A DNA stretch of 64,000 nt from an uncultured Dysgonomonas sp. (GTDB taxonomy: Bacteria > Bacteroidota > Bacteroidia > Bacteroidales > Dysgonomonadaceae), in NCBI RefSeq assembly GCF_900079725.1, contig NZ_LT599032.1:1170871-1234870 (forward strand), read 5' to 3'. Both the position numbers and the translations under genes were made by a program. Of this stretch, positions 18,152 to 27,440 are shown in pieces. The notes below the pieces were generated by a model. The model searched no databases. It saw nothing but the letters and a program-made list of their open reading frames with translations, and was not told the origin of the DNA. Numbering within the stretch: the stretch's first letter is position 1; every line of letters begins with the position of its first letter.

Positions 18152-18276
18152 GCTAATATAATATTGAAATCCGGCAATAAATATTTTTTCATTTATTTTG
18201 TAACCTTTCTGTAACCCCTGCGTCAAAATGGACAAACGAACAAAACAAGAATGTTTAACTTCTAAAATTAGAAATT

Positions 18277-18702
18277 ATGGAAATGATAGGAATTGTATGC
18301 GTTGTAGGCATAATCACTTATGGAGTCTACCGCTTATTCGAATTATTCGCACGCCGCAGGGAACGTATGGCAATGATAGAGAAACTTTCGTCGGGTATAG
18401 ATCCGCAGATATTAAACAATCCCCTGCATATACAGAAATACAGGGATATTATAGTCGGATCATGGGCTATCCGCATCGGATTGCTACTTGTAGGTGTGGG
18501 ATTGGGAGTAGTGACTGCTACCGTTGTTGACCTACTTGCTGTAGCGCCGGCTGACACCGACAGCAGAATGTATCACGAGTTCAGGAACACCATTTCGGTA
18601 CTTTATCCTGCATGTGCAGCTGTTTTTGGTGGAATAGGACTGGTTATAGCCTACTTTGTGGAACAAAAGAACGAGAAGAAATCGAAAAGAAATGAAGAAT
18701 AA
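18277..18702 (+). CDS. small membrane protein (DUF6249-like), function unknown
   Basis: 141 aa with three TM helices and a basic C-terminus. The overlapping ORF 18228..18530 is out of frame and non-coding in character. Confidence 0.6.
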   Translation: MEMIGIVCVVGIITYGVYRLFELFARRRERMAMIEKLSSGIDPQILNNPLHIQKYRDIIVGSWAIRIGLLLVGVGLGVVTATVVDLLAVAPADTDSRMYHEFRNTISVLYPACAAVFGGIGLVIAYFVEQKNEKKSKRNEE

Positions 18703-18806
18703 GCAGAAGATAGTATCTAGTGATATCATATTTTCAATCTAACTGCTTATTGTATTCATTCTAAACAAAGTAACAAATAGGTCCGCGACCTTAATATCTA
18801 TTGAAT

Positions 18807-19157
18807 ATGAAAGATAGATTATCCCCGATATTGTTCACTCTTATTATTTTGGCAATCGTCTTTGGTGTATAGTTTGCGGGAAACCGTCAGGGCTGGTTTC
18901 TCCGAAAAACAGCTGATGATTTCAGTATATGCTTCAATGTAAAGGATACTGTTATATCCATCCAAAGCAAGATTCCCGGATATGGAATTACAGGATGGAG
19001 CACAAGCAGGTATGACGACAACATACTCCATATCGACTTAAATGTATCCAGAGATCGCCAGAATGATATGACATTTAAGATAGACACGGTAAATGTTCAT
19101 CATCTCGAACTTTACGGTAAAATATACCATATCAAAGAGTTGCCCATCTGCCAATAG
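18807..19157 (+). pseudogene. 116-codon ORF for a membrane-anchored small protein, interrupted by one in-frame TAG at 18870-18872
   Basis: MKDRLSPILFTLIILAIVFGV-TAG-FAGNRQGWFLRKTADDFSICFNVKDTVISIQSKIPGYG...HIKELPICQ-TAG. Both parts are in the same frame and are followed by a clean terminator. The ORF is missed by the ORF track. Confidence 0.45.
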
Positions 19158-19181
19158 CATTTGTGACTATATAATACTTAA

Positions 19182-19213
19182 AGCGCCAGATTTTGTTTAT
19201 GGGCGCTTTTTTT
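19182..19213 (+). terminator. rho-independent terminator
   Basis: AGCGCC (19182-19187) pairs with GGCGCT (19202-19207), followed by a T7 run. Confidence 0.7.
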
Positions 19214-19377
19214 ATATAACAAATACATTATTTTGTTAAAAAGAATAAAATAAGCCGACACTTAGTGATAAAAATATAATTATTACGACAAATTCGTAGA
19301 AGGTGGATCGATAAGTAAAATCAATTTATATCTTAGCCATCCCAAATTGAACTAAAAAAACATATAAAAACTTCTTT

Positions 19378-21888
19378 ATGAAAATCCGTATCCTGTTAAT
19401 TGCCCTGTTTATTACAGGTTTTTCAACTATGTCGGCCCAGACTAGTACCCCGACTGCCAATATCGTAAATGTTCTTGTGAAAGGGCAATTGGTAGACTCT
19501 CTTACAAATGAGACAGTGCCTTATGCCACAATTAAAATAACAGACAAAGGAGCTACTCCTCAATTGCTAAAAGCTGTGGCCAGTGACGACAACGGAAAGT
19601 TTCAGCTGACTATGAACAAAAAAGGCGAGTTTCTTTTCACAGCCGAATTTATCGGAAAAAAAACGGTTACAAAAACGATTGAAATCGGAAATGCAAAAAC
19701 ACTCGATCTAGGCACAATCCTTATGCCTGATGATGCCCAGGCTCTGTCGGAGGTGGTCATATCGGCTCAGAAACCGCTAGTGAAGGTAGATTTGGACAAA
19801 ATCACGTATAGTATGGAAGATGATCCGGAAGCTAAAACCAACAACGTGCTGGATATGTTGAAGAAAGTCCCTATGGTAACTGTAGACGGAGAAGAAAATA
19901 TACAACTCAAAGGCTCCTCTAATTATAAAATATACCTCAACGGCAAACCCTCGAATATGATCACAAGCAATCCGAAAGATGTATTGCGCAGTATGCCGGC
20001 GAGTTCTATAAAGGATATAGAAGTTATTACCGACCCGGGGGCAAAATATGATGCGGAAGGCGTTGCCGGGATTATTAATATTATAACCCAGAAAAACACA
20101 TCGATGGGTGGCTATACCGCTACATTAAACGGACGTGTAGATGATCTGGGCGGATTCGGTGCTGGCGCTTACCTACAGTTGAAACAAGGAATCGTAGGCT
20201 TTACCGGAGGATACAATTATTATGAATATAAACGCCCTAAAGGTGAATCATCCTTCTATCGGGAAAACTTTAAGAATGATGACTTCAAATATTTATCTCA
20301 AACCGGGTTCTCTAAAAATAATGGAAACGGACAATATGGAAACGGTGAACTCAGCTTCGAATTAGACACACTTAACCTTATCAATGTAGGCTTTAATCGT
20401 TACTTTGGAGAAGGAAAATCAACGAACGAACAAATTGCGGAGATGCTGAAAAATGACCGTACTCCACAATATAAATATGAACTCGACAGCCGCTCTAAAC
20501 AAAACTATGGAGGAACGGATGTTAATGTAGATTACCAGCGTACCTTTAAGAAAAAAGATCAATTATTCACTGCTTCATACAGGTTCAGTCTTAGCCCGAA
20601 CGATAGTAAATCAGACAACTCGGTAAATCACATAAATGGTACTCTTCCGGAAACAGCAGAAACGAACAATCAGTTTACCGACGCTGATATGAAAGAGCAT
20701 ACCTTTCAAACCGATTTTGTCACACCATTCGGAAAGATTCATAATTTAGAGGCCGGTGTAAAATATATCATACGTCTCAATCAGAGTAACAGTGGCTATG
20801 ACTTTCTCAATGCAGACGGAGATTGGGTTAATAAGCCACAGATGTACGATAAATTCAAACACGAGCAAGATATTCTTGCTGCATACGGAGGTTACAGTGC
20901 AAAATTCCAAAAATGGGGAGTGAAAACAGGCTTGCGCTACGAAGCCACATGGTTGGAAGCTAAGTTTCCGAAAGATGAAAGCAAAAATTTTAAAAACGAT
21001 TACTCAAATCTGGTTCCGTCGGCGACAATTACCTATCAGCTCAAACCTACGCAAAACATCCGCTTTGGCTACAATATGCGTATACAACGCCCGGGTATTT
21101 ATCAACTAAATCCATATGAAGATACATCTAACCCTAATAATATCAGAATTGGTAATTCATCTCTGGACGCGGTTAAAAACCATAATTTAAGTATAAACTT
21201 CGGATCTTTCAGCAGAACACTGAACCTCAATCTGAATATGTCCTATGATTTCGAAAATAATGGTATTGAAAGTATTACTACTCTCAGCAATGATGTTGCA
21301 ACTACTACATATGAAAATATAGGGGAACGAAAAAATTTCGGACTTTCGGGATATGTGAATTGGAGTCCTAATGATAAAATACGCATATACAGCAATATGT
21401 CGGGAAGATATGTAGATATTAAGTCCAACAGCAATTCATTATCAAATACAAAAATGAGTAACAGTGGATTTACCGGGAACATTTTTGCCGGAGGACAATA
21501 TTCATTCCCGCTTAATTTTAAAGCGTATATAAATACAGGCTATTTTAGTCGTCAGATCAGCCTGCAAGGGGAAGGCCCTTCTTTCTTCTTTCACAGCTTA
21601 TCTTTCTCTAAAGGTTTCATGAATGATAAATTGCAATTCCGAGCCTATGCCCAGAATCCATTCAAGAAGGACAATGAGTTTAAGAATATAACACGCAACG
21701 ACGACTTCTACTCCGAATCTTTAAGTACCGGCAGGATGCGCCAATTCGGCGTTTCTGTCTCGTTCCGATTCGGAGAGATGAAAGCCCAGATAAAGAAAGC
21801 TCAGCGAAGCATCAATAATGATGATAATATGGGTGGCGGACAAGGTAATCAGGGTGGTCAAGGCGGACAAGGAGGCGGACAGAATTAG
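19378..21888 (+). CDS. TonB-dependent-receptor-like outer-membrane beta-barrel protein (CarboxypepD_reg + plug + OMP_b-brl_3 type)
   Basis: 836 aa. Signal peptide, an N-terminal carboxypeptidase-regulatory-like domain (VKGQLVDSLTNETVPYATIKI), a plug (ITYSMEDDPEAKT...IQLKGSSNYKIYLNGKP), and a long Gly/Tyr/Asn-rich barrel. Confidence 0.85.
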   Translation: MKIRILLIALFITGFSTMSAQTSTPTANIVNVLVKGQLVDSLTNETVPYATIKITDKGATPQLLKAVASDDNGKFQLTMNKKGEFLFTAEFIGKKTVTKTIEIGNAKTLDLGTILMPDDAQALSEVVISAQKPLVKVDLDKITYSMEDDPEAKTNNVLDMLKKVPMVTVDGEENIQLKGSSNYKIYLNGKPSNMITSNPKDVLRSMPASSIKDIEVITDPGAKYDAEGVAGIINIITQKNTSMGGYTATLNGRVDDLGGFGAGAYLQLKQGIVGFTGGYNYYEYKRPKGESSFYRENFKNDDFKYLSQTGFSKNNGNGQYGNGELSFELDTLNLINVGFNRYFGEGKSTNEQIAEMLKNDRTPQYKYELDSRSKQNYGGTDVNVDYQRTFKKKDQLFTASYRFSLSPNDSKSDNSVNHINGTLPETAETNNQFTDADMKEHTFQTDFVTPFGKIHNLEAGVKYIIRLNQSNSGYDFLNADGDWVNKPQMYDKFKHEQDILAAYGGYSAKFQKWGVKTGLRYEATWLEAKFPKDESKNFKNDYSNLVPSATITYQLKPTQNIRFGYNMRIQRPGIYQLNPYEDTSNPNNIRIGNSSLDAVKNHNLSINFGSFSRTLNLNLNMSYDFENNGIESITTLSNDVATTTYENIGERKNFGLSGYVNWSPNDKIRIYSNMSGRYVDIKSNSNSLSNTKMSNSGFTGNIFAGGQYSFPLNFKAYINTGYFSRQISLQGEGPSFFFHSLSFSKGFMNDKLQFRAYAQNPFKKDNEFKNITRNDDFYSESLSTGRMRQFGVSVSFRFGEMKAQIKKAQRSINNDDNMGGGQGNQGGQGGQGGGQN

Positions 21889-21910
21889 TCGGCATCTTAA
21901 TTAATATATC

Positions 21911-21943
21911 AGAGGCTTTTCAGATGAGAAAAGCCTCTTTTTG
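21911..21943 (+). terminator. rho-independent terminator
   Basis: AGAGGCTTTT (21911-21920) pairs with AAAAGCCTCT (21929-21938), followed by TTTTT. Confidence 0.75.
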
Positions 21944-22070
21944 TTTTATTACAAATCAAAAACCGATTTTTCATTTGTAATAAAAATAATAAATATTACA
22001 TTTATACACAAACAGAGACTATATACATATATAGAAACATAAAAATAATCTGATTCACAAATATAAACAT

Positions 22071-22856
22071 ATGGTTATAAATAGAGATAGAACGAATATA
22101 TCGATGATTACCAAAGCGATGGAGTTGTTAGAATCCCTATCGAAGTATCCTAAAGGATTAACTCTGCAGGAGATAGTAGGTGTCCTCAATTATCCCAAAT
22201 CATCAATATACAAAATAGCTACCAATCTTCTCCTACTGGGTTATATAGGCCGTGAACCGGACAGTCTCCGTTATTTTCTGTCTCACAAATTGCTATTGCT
22301 TGGACTGACCGCTGTCAGCAGTTACGACATTATAGAAAAATCGGAAGAATATATGAAACGGTTGCGAGACAAGGTGGGCGAATCAGTCATGATAGGAACA
22401 CTTTTGGATACAGAAGTAGTTCTGATAAAACAAGTACAAGGTAACCTCGATTTCGTATTTACCCTACAACAGGGAATGCGGTTCAATCTACATTCGACTG
22501 CCCCGGGCAAAGTCCTGTTAGCCTTTATGCCTGAGAAAGACCAAAAAGAGAAGCTTTCGGAAATCCATTTCGAAGCACATAACGAATATACCATCACAGA
22601 GAAAGGCCTATTAAAGAAGGAACTCGACAAAATTGTTACAGACGGATATGCCCTCGACCTGAATGAAACAGTAAAAGGAGTACATTGTATCGCCGCACCC
22701 ATCTTCGACGAACGGGGCAATGCAATCGCCTGCATATGGACATCAGGCCCGGCAGGACGGCTATCACAAGACAAAGTCAGAAGCGTAGGTTTGCAGACTC
22801 GTAATGCAGGGTTGGAAATATCCCAAAACATCGGCTATAAACATAAATTAAAATAG
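22071..22856 (+). CDS. IclR-family transcriptional regulator
   Basis: 261 aa. N-terminal wHTH (LESLSKYPKGLTLQEIVGVLNYPKSSIYKIATNL) and a C-terminal IclR effector domain. An alternative start is the ATG at 22104. Confidence 0.85.
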   Translation: MVINRDRTNISMITKAMELLESLSKYPKGLTLQEIVGVLNYPKSSIYKIATNLLLLGYIGREPDSLRYFLSHKLLLLGLTAVSSYDIIEKSEEYMKRLRDKVGESVMIGTLLDTEVVLIKQVQGNLDFVFTLQQGMRFNLHSTAPGKVLLAFMPEKDQKEKLSEIHFEAHNEYTITEKGLLKKELDKIVTDGYALDLNETVKGVHCIAAPIFDERGNAIACIWTSGPAGRLSQDKVRSVGLQTRNAGLEISQNIGYKHKLK

Positions 22857-22865
22857 AATAATAAG

Positions 22866-23513
22866 ATGAAAAAAGTTATCATTTGCCTTCTGGCAATTGT
22901 CTCAGTTCAGTCAGCAATGGCTCAAAGCCTCGAAAAGATGCAATGGTTCAACGAACCCGAAAAATGGGAAGTAAAGAATAATACATTAAGTATGTTCGTT
23001 ACTCCGCAAAGCGATTACTGGCGTATCTCGCATTATGGCTTCACAGTAGATGACGCACCTTTTTACTATGCAACCTATGGCGGTGAATTCGAGGTGAAAG
23101 TAAAAATCACAGGCGATTATAAAGCCCGATTCGACCAGATGGGGCTAATGCTTCGTATAGACCATGAAAATTACATAAAAGCAGGTGTGGAATTTGTTGA
23201 TGGGAAGTTTAATCTGAGTACGGTCGTTACTCACAAAACAAGCGACTGGAGTGTTATTACATTGGATAATACACCTTCATTTGTCTGGATCAAAGCAGTA
23301 AGAAGGCTCGATGCCGTGGAAGTTTTCTATTCCTTCGATGACAAAACTTATACAATGATGCGCAATGCCCATCTGCAAGACAATATCCCCGTTATGGTGG
23401 GACTAATGGCGGCATGCCCGGATGGGAAAGGCTTCGACGCTAAATTCGAAAATTTCAAAGTTACTCATTTGCCGGATCAGCGGCGTTTGCAATGGCTAAA
23501 GAACAATCAATAA
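22866..23513 (+). CDS. DUF1349-family secreted protein (concanavalin-like fold)
   Basis: 215 aa with a signal peptide. Motifs WFNEPEKWEV...TPQSDYWR...DQMGLMLRID are typical of DUF1349. Confidence 0.75.
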   Translation: MKKVIICLLAIVSVQSAMAQSLEKMQWFNEPEKWEVKNNTLSMFVTPQSDYWRISHYGFTVDDAPFYYATYGGEFEVKVKITGDYKARFDQMGLMLRIDHENYIKAGVEFVDGKFNLSTVVTHKTSDWSVITLDNTPSFVWIKAVRRLDAVEVFYSFDDKTYTMMRNAHLQDNIPVMVGLMAACPDGKGFDAKFENFKVTHLPDQRRLQWLKNNQ

Positions 23514-23519
23514 CAAAAT

Positions 23520-23545
23520 GGGGCGATAATATTCGTCCCTTTTTA
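23520..23545 (+). terminator. rho-independent terminator
   Basis: GGGGCGA (23520-23526) pairs with TCGTCCC (23533-23539) with one G-U, followed by TTTTT. Confidence 0.6.
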
Positions 23546-23546
23546 T

Positions 23547-24668
23547 TTAGGCAAGAGCATACATATTGCCCGGCAGATTCTTTATCAGTCCTTTCATTTC
23601 CAATTCCAGAAGAGTGGTAAACAATTGATATGCCGGAATATTCAGTTCTCTGGCCAGTTGGTCTATATGTATCGAATCTGTTGTGGCCAGTTTATCTGCA
23701 ATGACCTTTTCTTCGTCTGTCAGAACGACAAACAGGTCTTGCTGACGCGGCATTTTCTTCTTTTTCTGCGATGCATCGTCCCAACCCATTTGCTGAAGGA
23801 AATATTCTGTCGATTGGAACAAATCCGCTTTGTGCGAAGCTATCAGCTTATTGCATCCACGCGAATACCTGTCCGACATCCGGCCGGGTACAGCGAATAT
23901 ATCTTTACAGTACGAGCCGGCAATCTCAGCAGTTATCAGAGAGCCTCCTTTTTCGTCCGATTCCACAACTATAACAGCATCTGCCATACCTGCCACAATA
24001 CGGTTTCGGCGAACAAAGTTATAACGGTCGGGCTCGGTCTTGCTCGGAAAATCGGAAAGTAACCCTCCCTTTTCTAACATGTCAACTGCTGTTTGCCTAT
24101 GTACAGCCGGATAAATCATATCCAGGCCATGTGCAAGCACTCCCACAGTGGACAGGTTATATTTGAGAGCAGCTCTGTGGGCATGTATATCTATCCCATA
24201 AGCAAGCCCGCTAACAATAAGTGTATCGGGTAATACTGCGGATATCTTTTCTAAAAATACATCGCAAAAGCTATTGCCATAATTCGTTGAATTGCGGGTA
24301 CCAACAATGCTTATTACCTTGTCTGCATTAAAATCAGCTTTCCCTTTGAAATAAAAGAGTACCGGAGCATCGGCACAATCTTTCAGACGGTAGGGGTAAT
24401 CTTTATCACTGATAAAGTAGGTAGAAATACCATTCTTTTCTACAAATTCAAGTTCTTTCTCTGCCCTATTCAATACTTCCGGATTTAATATCTCTCCAAC
24501 AAGTTTGGGCGGAAGTCCCTGAATACTTAATAGTGATTTTCTGCCCGATCTGAATATTGCTTCTTCATCACCTAGCACCTGCAGCAGATTACGCGCAGTA
24601 ATATCACCCACCCCTAATATCCGGGTAAGGGCAATCTGATAAAGACGCTTATCAGCAGATATACTCAT
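23547..24668 (-). CDS. dprA: DNA-processing protein DprA
   Basis: 373 aa. Rossmann-like DprA core (IVGTRNSTNYG...SGLAYGIDIHAHRAAL...VESDEKGGSLITA) and a C-terminal winged helix. Confidence 0.9.
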   Translation of the reverse strand: MSISADKRLYQIALTRILGVGDITARNLLQVLGDEEAIFRSGRKSLLSIQGLPPKLVGEILNPEVLNRAEKELEFVEKNGISTYFISDKDYPYRLKDCADAPVLFYFKGKADFNADKVISIVGTRNSTNYGNSFCDVFLEKISAVLPDTLIVSGLAYGIDIHAHRAALKYNLSTVGVLAHGLDMIYPAVHRQTAVDMLEKGGLLSDFPSKTEPDRYNFVRRNRIVAGMADAVIVVESDEKGGSLITAEIAGSYCKDIFAVPGRMSDRYSRGCNKLIASHKADLFQSTEYFLQQMGWDDASQKKKKMPRQQDLFVVLTDEEKVIADKLATTDSIHIDQLARELNIPAYQLFTTLLELEMKGLIKNLPGNMYALA

Positions 24669-25340
24669 TTATAAAGTTTCAGACAGGTTTTCTAATATCA
24701 TGCCATCCTTCATATGGATGGTGCGGTCAGTTATAGAGGCCAGGTGCTCGTCATGCGTTACAATAACGAAAGTCTGACCAAGCGTATCACGTAGTTTGAA
24801 AAACAATTGATGTAGTTCATCTTTATTTTCAGTATCAAGACTACCCGAAGGCTCATCTGCAAGTATCACAGCCGGATCATTAATCAGCGCACGCGCAACG
24901 GCTACCCGCTGTTTTTCCCCTCCCGACAACTCATTTGGCTTATGTTCCATACGAAGCGATAGCCCGAGCATATCCAGAAGTTCTTTCGCTTTGGCTTTGG
25001 CTTGCGATTCCTTAACTTTACCTATAAGGGCGGGGATCATTACATTTTCCAATGCCGTAAATTCCGGTAACAGTTGGTGAAACTGAAATACAAATCCGAT
25101 ATTTTTGTTACGAAAATCCGAAAGACGGGAATCATTCAGCCTGCTCAGATTCTCATTATTAATATAAACAGTTCCGCTATCAGCCTTATCCAACGTCCCC
25201 ATGATTTGCAGAAGAGTGGTTTTACCTGCACCACTGGCACCTACTATCGATATTATCTCTCCTTTTTCTACACGGAGGTCTATCCCTTTCAATACTTTGA
25301 GAGAACCAAAACTTTTGGTAATTCCTTCGACTGCGATCAT
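24669..25340 (-). CDS. ABC transporter ATP-binding protein (LolD/MacB-type)
   Basis: 223 aa. Walker [10 protein letters not shown], signature [15 protein letters not shown], Walker B ILADEP. Confidence 0.85.
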   Translation of the reverse strand: MIAVEGITKSFGSLKVLKGIDLRVEKGEIISIVGASGAGKTTLLQIMGTLDKADSGTVYINNENLSRLNDSRLSDFRNKNIGFVFQFHQLLPEFTALENVMIPALIGKVKESQAKAKAKELLDMLGLSLRMEHKPNELSGGEKQRVAVARALINDPAVILADEPSGSLDTENKDELHQLFFKLRDTLGQTFVIVTHDEHLASITDRTIHMKDGMILENLSETL

Positions 25341-25355
25341 CTGTTTGCTCTTTTA

Positions 25356-25400
25356 AAGAAAAGGCTACACAAAACATTTTTCTTTCATGTAGCCCTTTTT
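25356..25400 (-). terminator. terminator after ugd (minus strand)
   Basis: GGCTACA (25363-25369) pairs with TGTAGCC (25388-25394). On the minus strand a U-rich run follows. Confidence 0.55.
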
Positions 25401-25416
25401 ATTTTCTATTTGGTTA

Positions 25417-26736
25417 CTAAATGCCTATTCCGAAATAATCGAATCCGGCATCATTCATTTCCTGCTTATTATAGATATTACGCCCGTCAAAAACGACAGG
25501 CTTATTCATTGTTTTCTTGATAACCTCCCAAGTAGGCAAACGGAATTCGTTCCATTCTGTTACCATAAGTATAGCATCTGCATCAAGTGTTGCATCATAA
25601 ATATCTTTTGCATACACGATAGTATCCCCGAGTCTCTGATGTTTCGCCTCTTCCATCGCTACCGGATCATACGCCCTTATTTTACCTCCCGCTTTCAATA
25701 TTTTATCTATCAGCACAAGAGACGGGGCTTCTCGCATATCATCTGTTTTGGGCTTGAAAGCCAATCCCCATACAGCTATGGTTTTCCCTTTGATATCACC
25801 ATTGTAATATTTCATTAACTTATCAAAAAGAATATTTTTCTGGCGTTCATTTACATTTTCCACTGCCTCAAGTATTTCCATTTTATACCCGAGTTTATTC
25901 GCTGTTTTTATAATCGCTTTCACATCCTTAGGAAAACAACTGCCTCCATATCCACAACCGGAATACAAGAATTTAGAGCCTATACGGACATCCGAACCGA
26001 TACCTTTACGTACCATATTTACATCTGCTCCCACAATTTCGCAAAGATTTGCTATATCATTCATAAAACTGATACGCGTAGCGAGCATTGCATTAGCGGC
26101 ATACTTAATCATCTCTGCAGAAGGAATATCGGTATAAATTATACGGTAATTATTCAATGTAAATGGCTTATATAGCCTTTCCATCAGTTTTTGAGCTTCT
26201 TCCGATTCTACGCCCACAACTACCCGGTCGGGCTGCATAAAGTCTGTTATAGCTGCTCCTTCTTTCAGAAATTCAGGATTAGAAGCCACATCGAACTTCA
26301 AGTCGGATAAACCTCTTTTATCCAGTTCTTCTTGTATAGTCTTTTTTACCAATTTGGCTGTCCCTACGGGTACAGTACTTTTGGTAACAATCACCATATA
26401 CTTATTTAGGTTTTTCCCTACCGTACGGGCAACTTCAAGTACATACTTAAGATCTGCACTGCCATCTTCGTCAGGAGGAGTACCCACAGCTGAAAACACA
26501 ATATTAACATCGTTAAGAATTGCACTCAGGTCAGTAGTAAAATGTAAACGCCCTGCTTTATGATTACGTTCCACCATTTCATCCAGTCCGGGTTCAAAGA
26601 TAGGTATGACACCATTCTTCAGATTTTCAATCTTTTTTTGGTCAATATCGACACAATAAACTTCTGTACCCATCTCTGCAAAACAAGTCCCCGTAACAAG
26701 ACCCACATACCCCGTACCAACAATTGCTATTTTCAT
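25417..26736 (-). CDS. ugd: UDP-glucose 6-dehydrogenase
   Basis: 439 aa. N-terminal GTGYVGLVTG Rossmann motif and catalytic GYGGSCFPKD. Confidence 0.9.
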   Translation of the reverse strand: MKIAIVGTGYVGLVTGTCFAEMGTEVYCVDIDQKKIENLKNGVIPIFEPGLDEMVERNHKAGRLHFTTDLSAILNDVNIVFSAVGTPPDEDGSADLKYVLEVARTVGKNLNKYMVIVTKSTVPVGTAKLVKKTIQEELDKRGLSDLKFDVASNPEFLKEGAAITDFMQPDRVVVGVESEEAQKLMERLYKPFTLNNYRIIYTDIPSAEMIKYAANAMLATRISFMNDIANLCEIVGADVNMVRKGIGSDVRIGSKFLYSGCGYGGSCFPKDVKAIIKTANKLGYKMEILEAVENVNERQKNILFDKLMKYYNGDIKGKTIAVWGLAFKPKTDDMREAPSLVLIDKILKAGGKIRAYDPVAMEEAKHQRLGDTIVYAKDIYDATLDADAILMVTEWNEFRLPTWEVIKKTMNKPVVFDGRNIYNKQEMNDAGFDYFGIGI

Positions 26737-26812
26737 TAATGATAAATTTTATTTTTGCGTTTTATAAATACTTGTGATAATATATAAACTTAATCGGTTT
26801 GATTTTCTGGCA

Positions 26813-26820
26813 CAAAGATA
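26813..26820 (-). promoter_or_regulatory. candidate -7 box (TAtcTTTG on minus strand) for ugd
   Basis: Plus-strand CAAAGATA lies 76 bp upstream of the ATG at 26736. Confidence 0.35.
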
Positions 26821-26962
26821 ATATATTTTTAGTAAATACATACGCATAAGCATTAATGTGCAAATCCAATTAGAAAATCTTAGACATTATCAGATTAGAG
26901 AACACCCCCTTCGCAACCATTTACATAACCAATTAACTACCAACCATTTTTACCGAATAATT

Positions 26963-27336
26963 AAAAAAAGGTAACAAAGGTAACAGTTTTTGTTCTTTAT
27001 GCCCTTTGTGATTTTCTTCGTGTACTTAGTGGTTAAATCTCTTTACCACAAGGAACACAAAGTGTTACACAAAGAATACTTTTTTCAGCAAACAGTTAGC
27101 AGTAAACAATCAACAATTAGAACTCCTTTATACTTATTACTCAATACTTACTACTTTGAAAAGGTAACAACCAACGGTCACAGGAGCGTAGCGTATGTAA
27201 AGGTTACACTTTTTTACTTATTACTTCTACCCTCTCTGTAAGTCCCCTTTGGGGGATTTAGGGGGCTGTTCATTCTTTCAAAGAACTATTCACTAATATC
27301 TAAAAACTATCAGCCACCGGTATAGATAAAGTTTTC
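26963..27336 (+). repeat. mosaic intergenic repeat, full-length copy
   Basis: Module order matches 17781-18120. The 52-nt block 27159-27210 is an exact reverse complement of 59477-59528. ORF 26990..27241 inside it is spurious. Confidence 0.75.
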
Positions 27337-27398
27337 AAACACTTATTCGCTTTATCGATGAATATTCCAACAAAATAAATAAACAGAAACAAATTAAT

Positions 27399-27406
27399 TA
27401 TCTTTG
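27399..27406 (+). promoter_or_regulatory. candidate -7 box (TAtcTTTG) for rluF
   Basis: Exact TAnnTTTG match 34 bp upstream of the ATG at 27441. Confidence 0.45.
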
Positions 27407-27440
27407 CACAAAATAATCTCCGATATCACTTATACTAAAA

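Noticed and set aside
18228-18530. 100-aa ORF overlapping the start of the 18277..18702 gene
   Set aside because: It is out of frame with the TM-rich ORF, is Cys/Arg-rich, and begins inside sequence adjacent to the MITE. The 141-aa frame has clear membrane-protein character.
26990-27241. 83-aa ORF (MFFMPFVIFFVYLVVKSLYHKEHK...) as a small membrane protein
   Set aside because: It lies wholly inside the mosaic repeat. The same DNA occurs in inverted orientation at 59341-59640, where the frame is broken, and the composition is driven by low-complexity repeat words.
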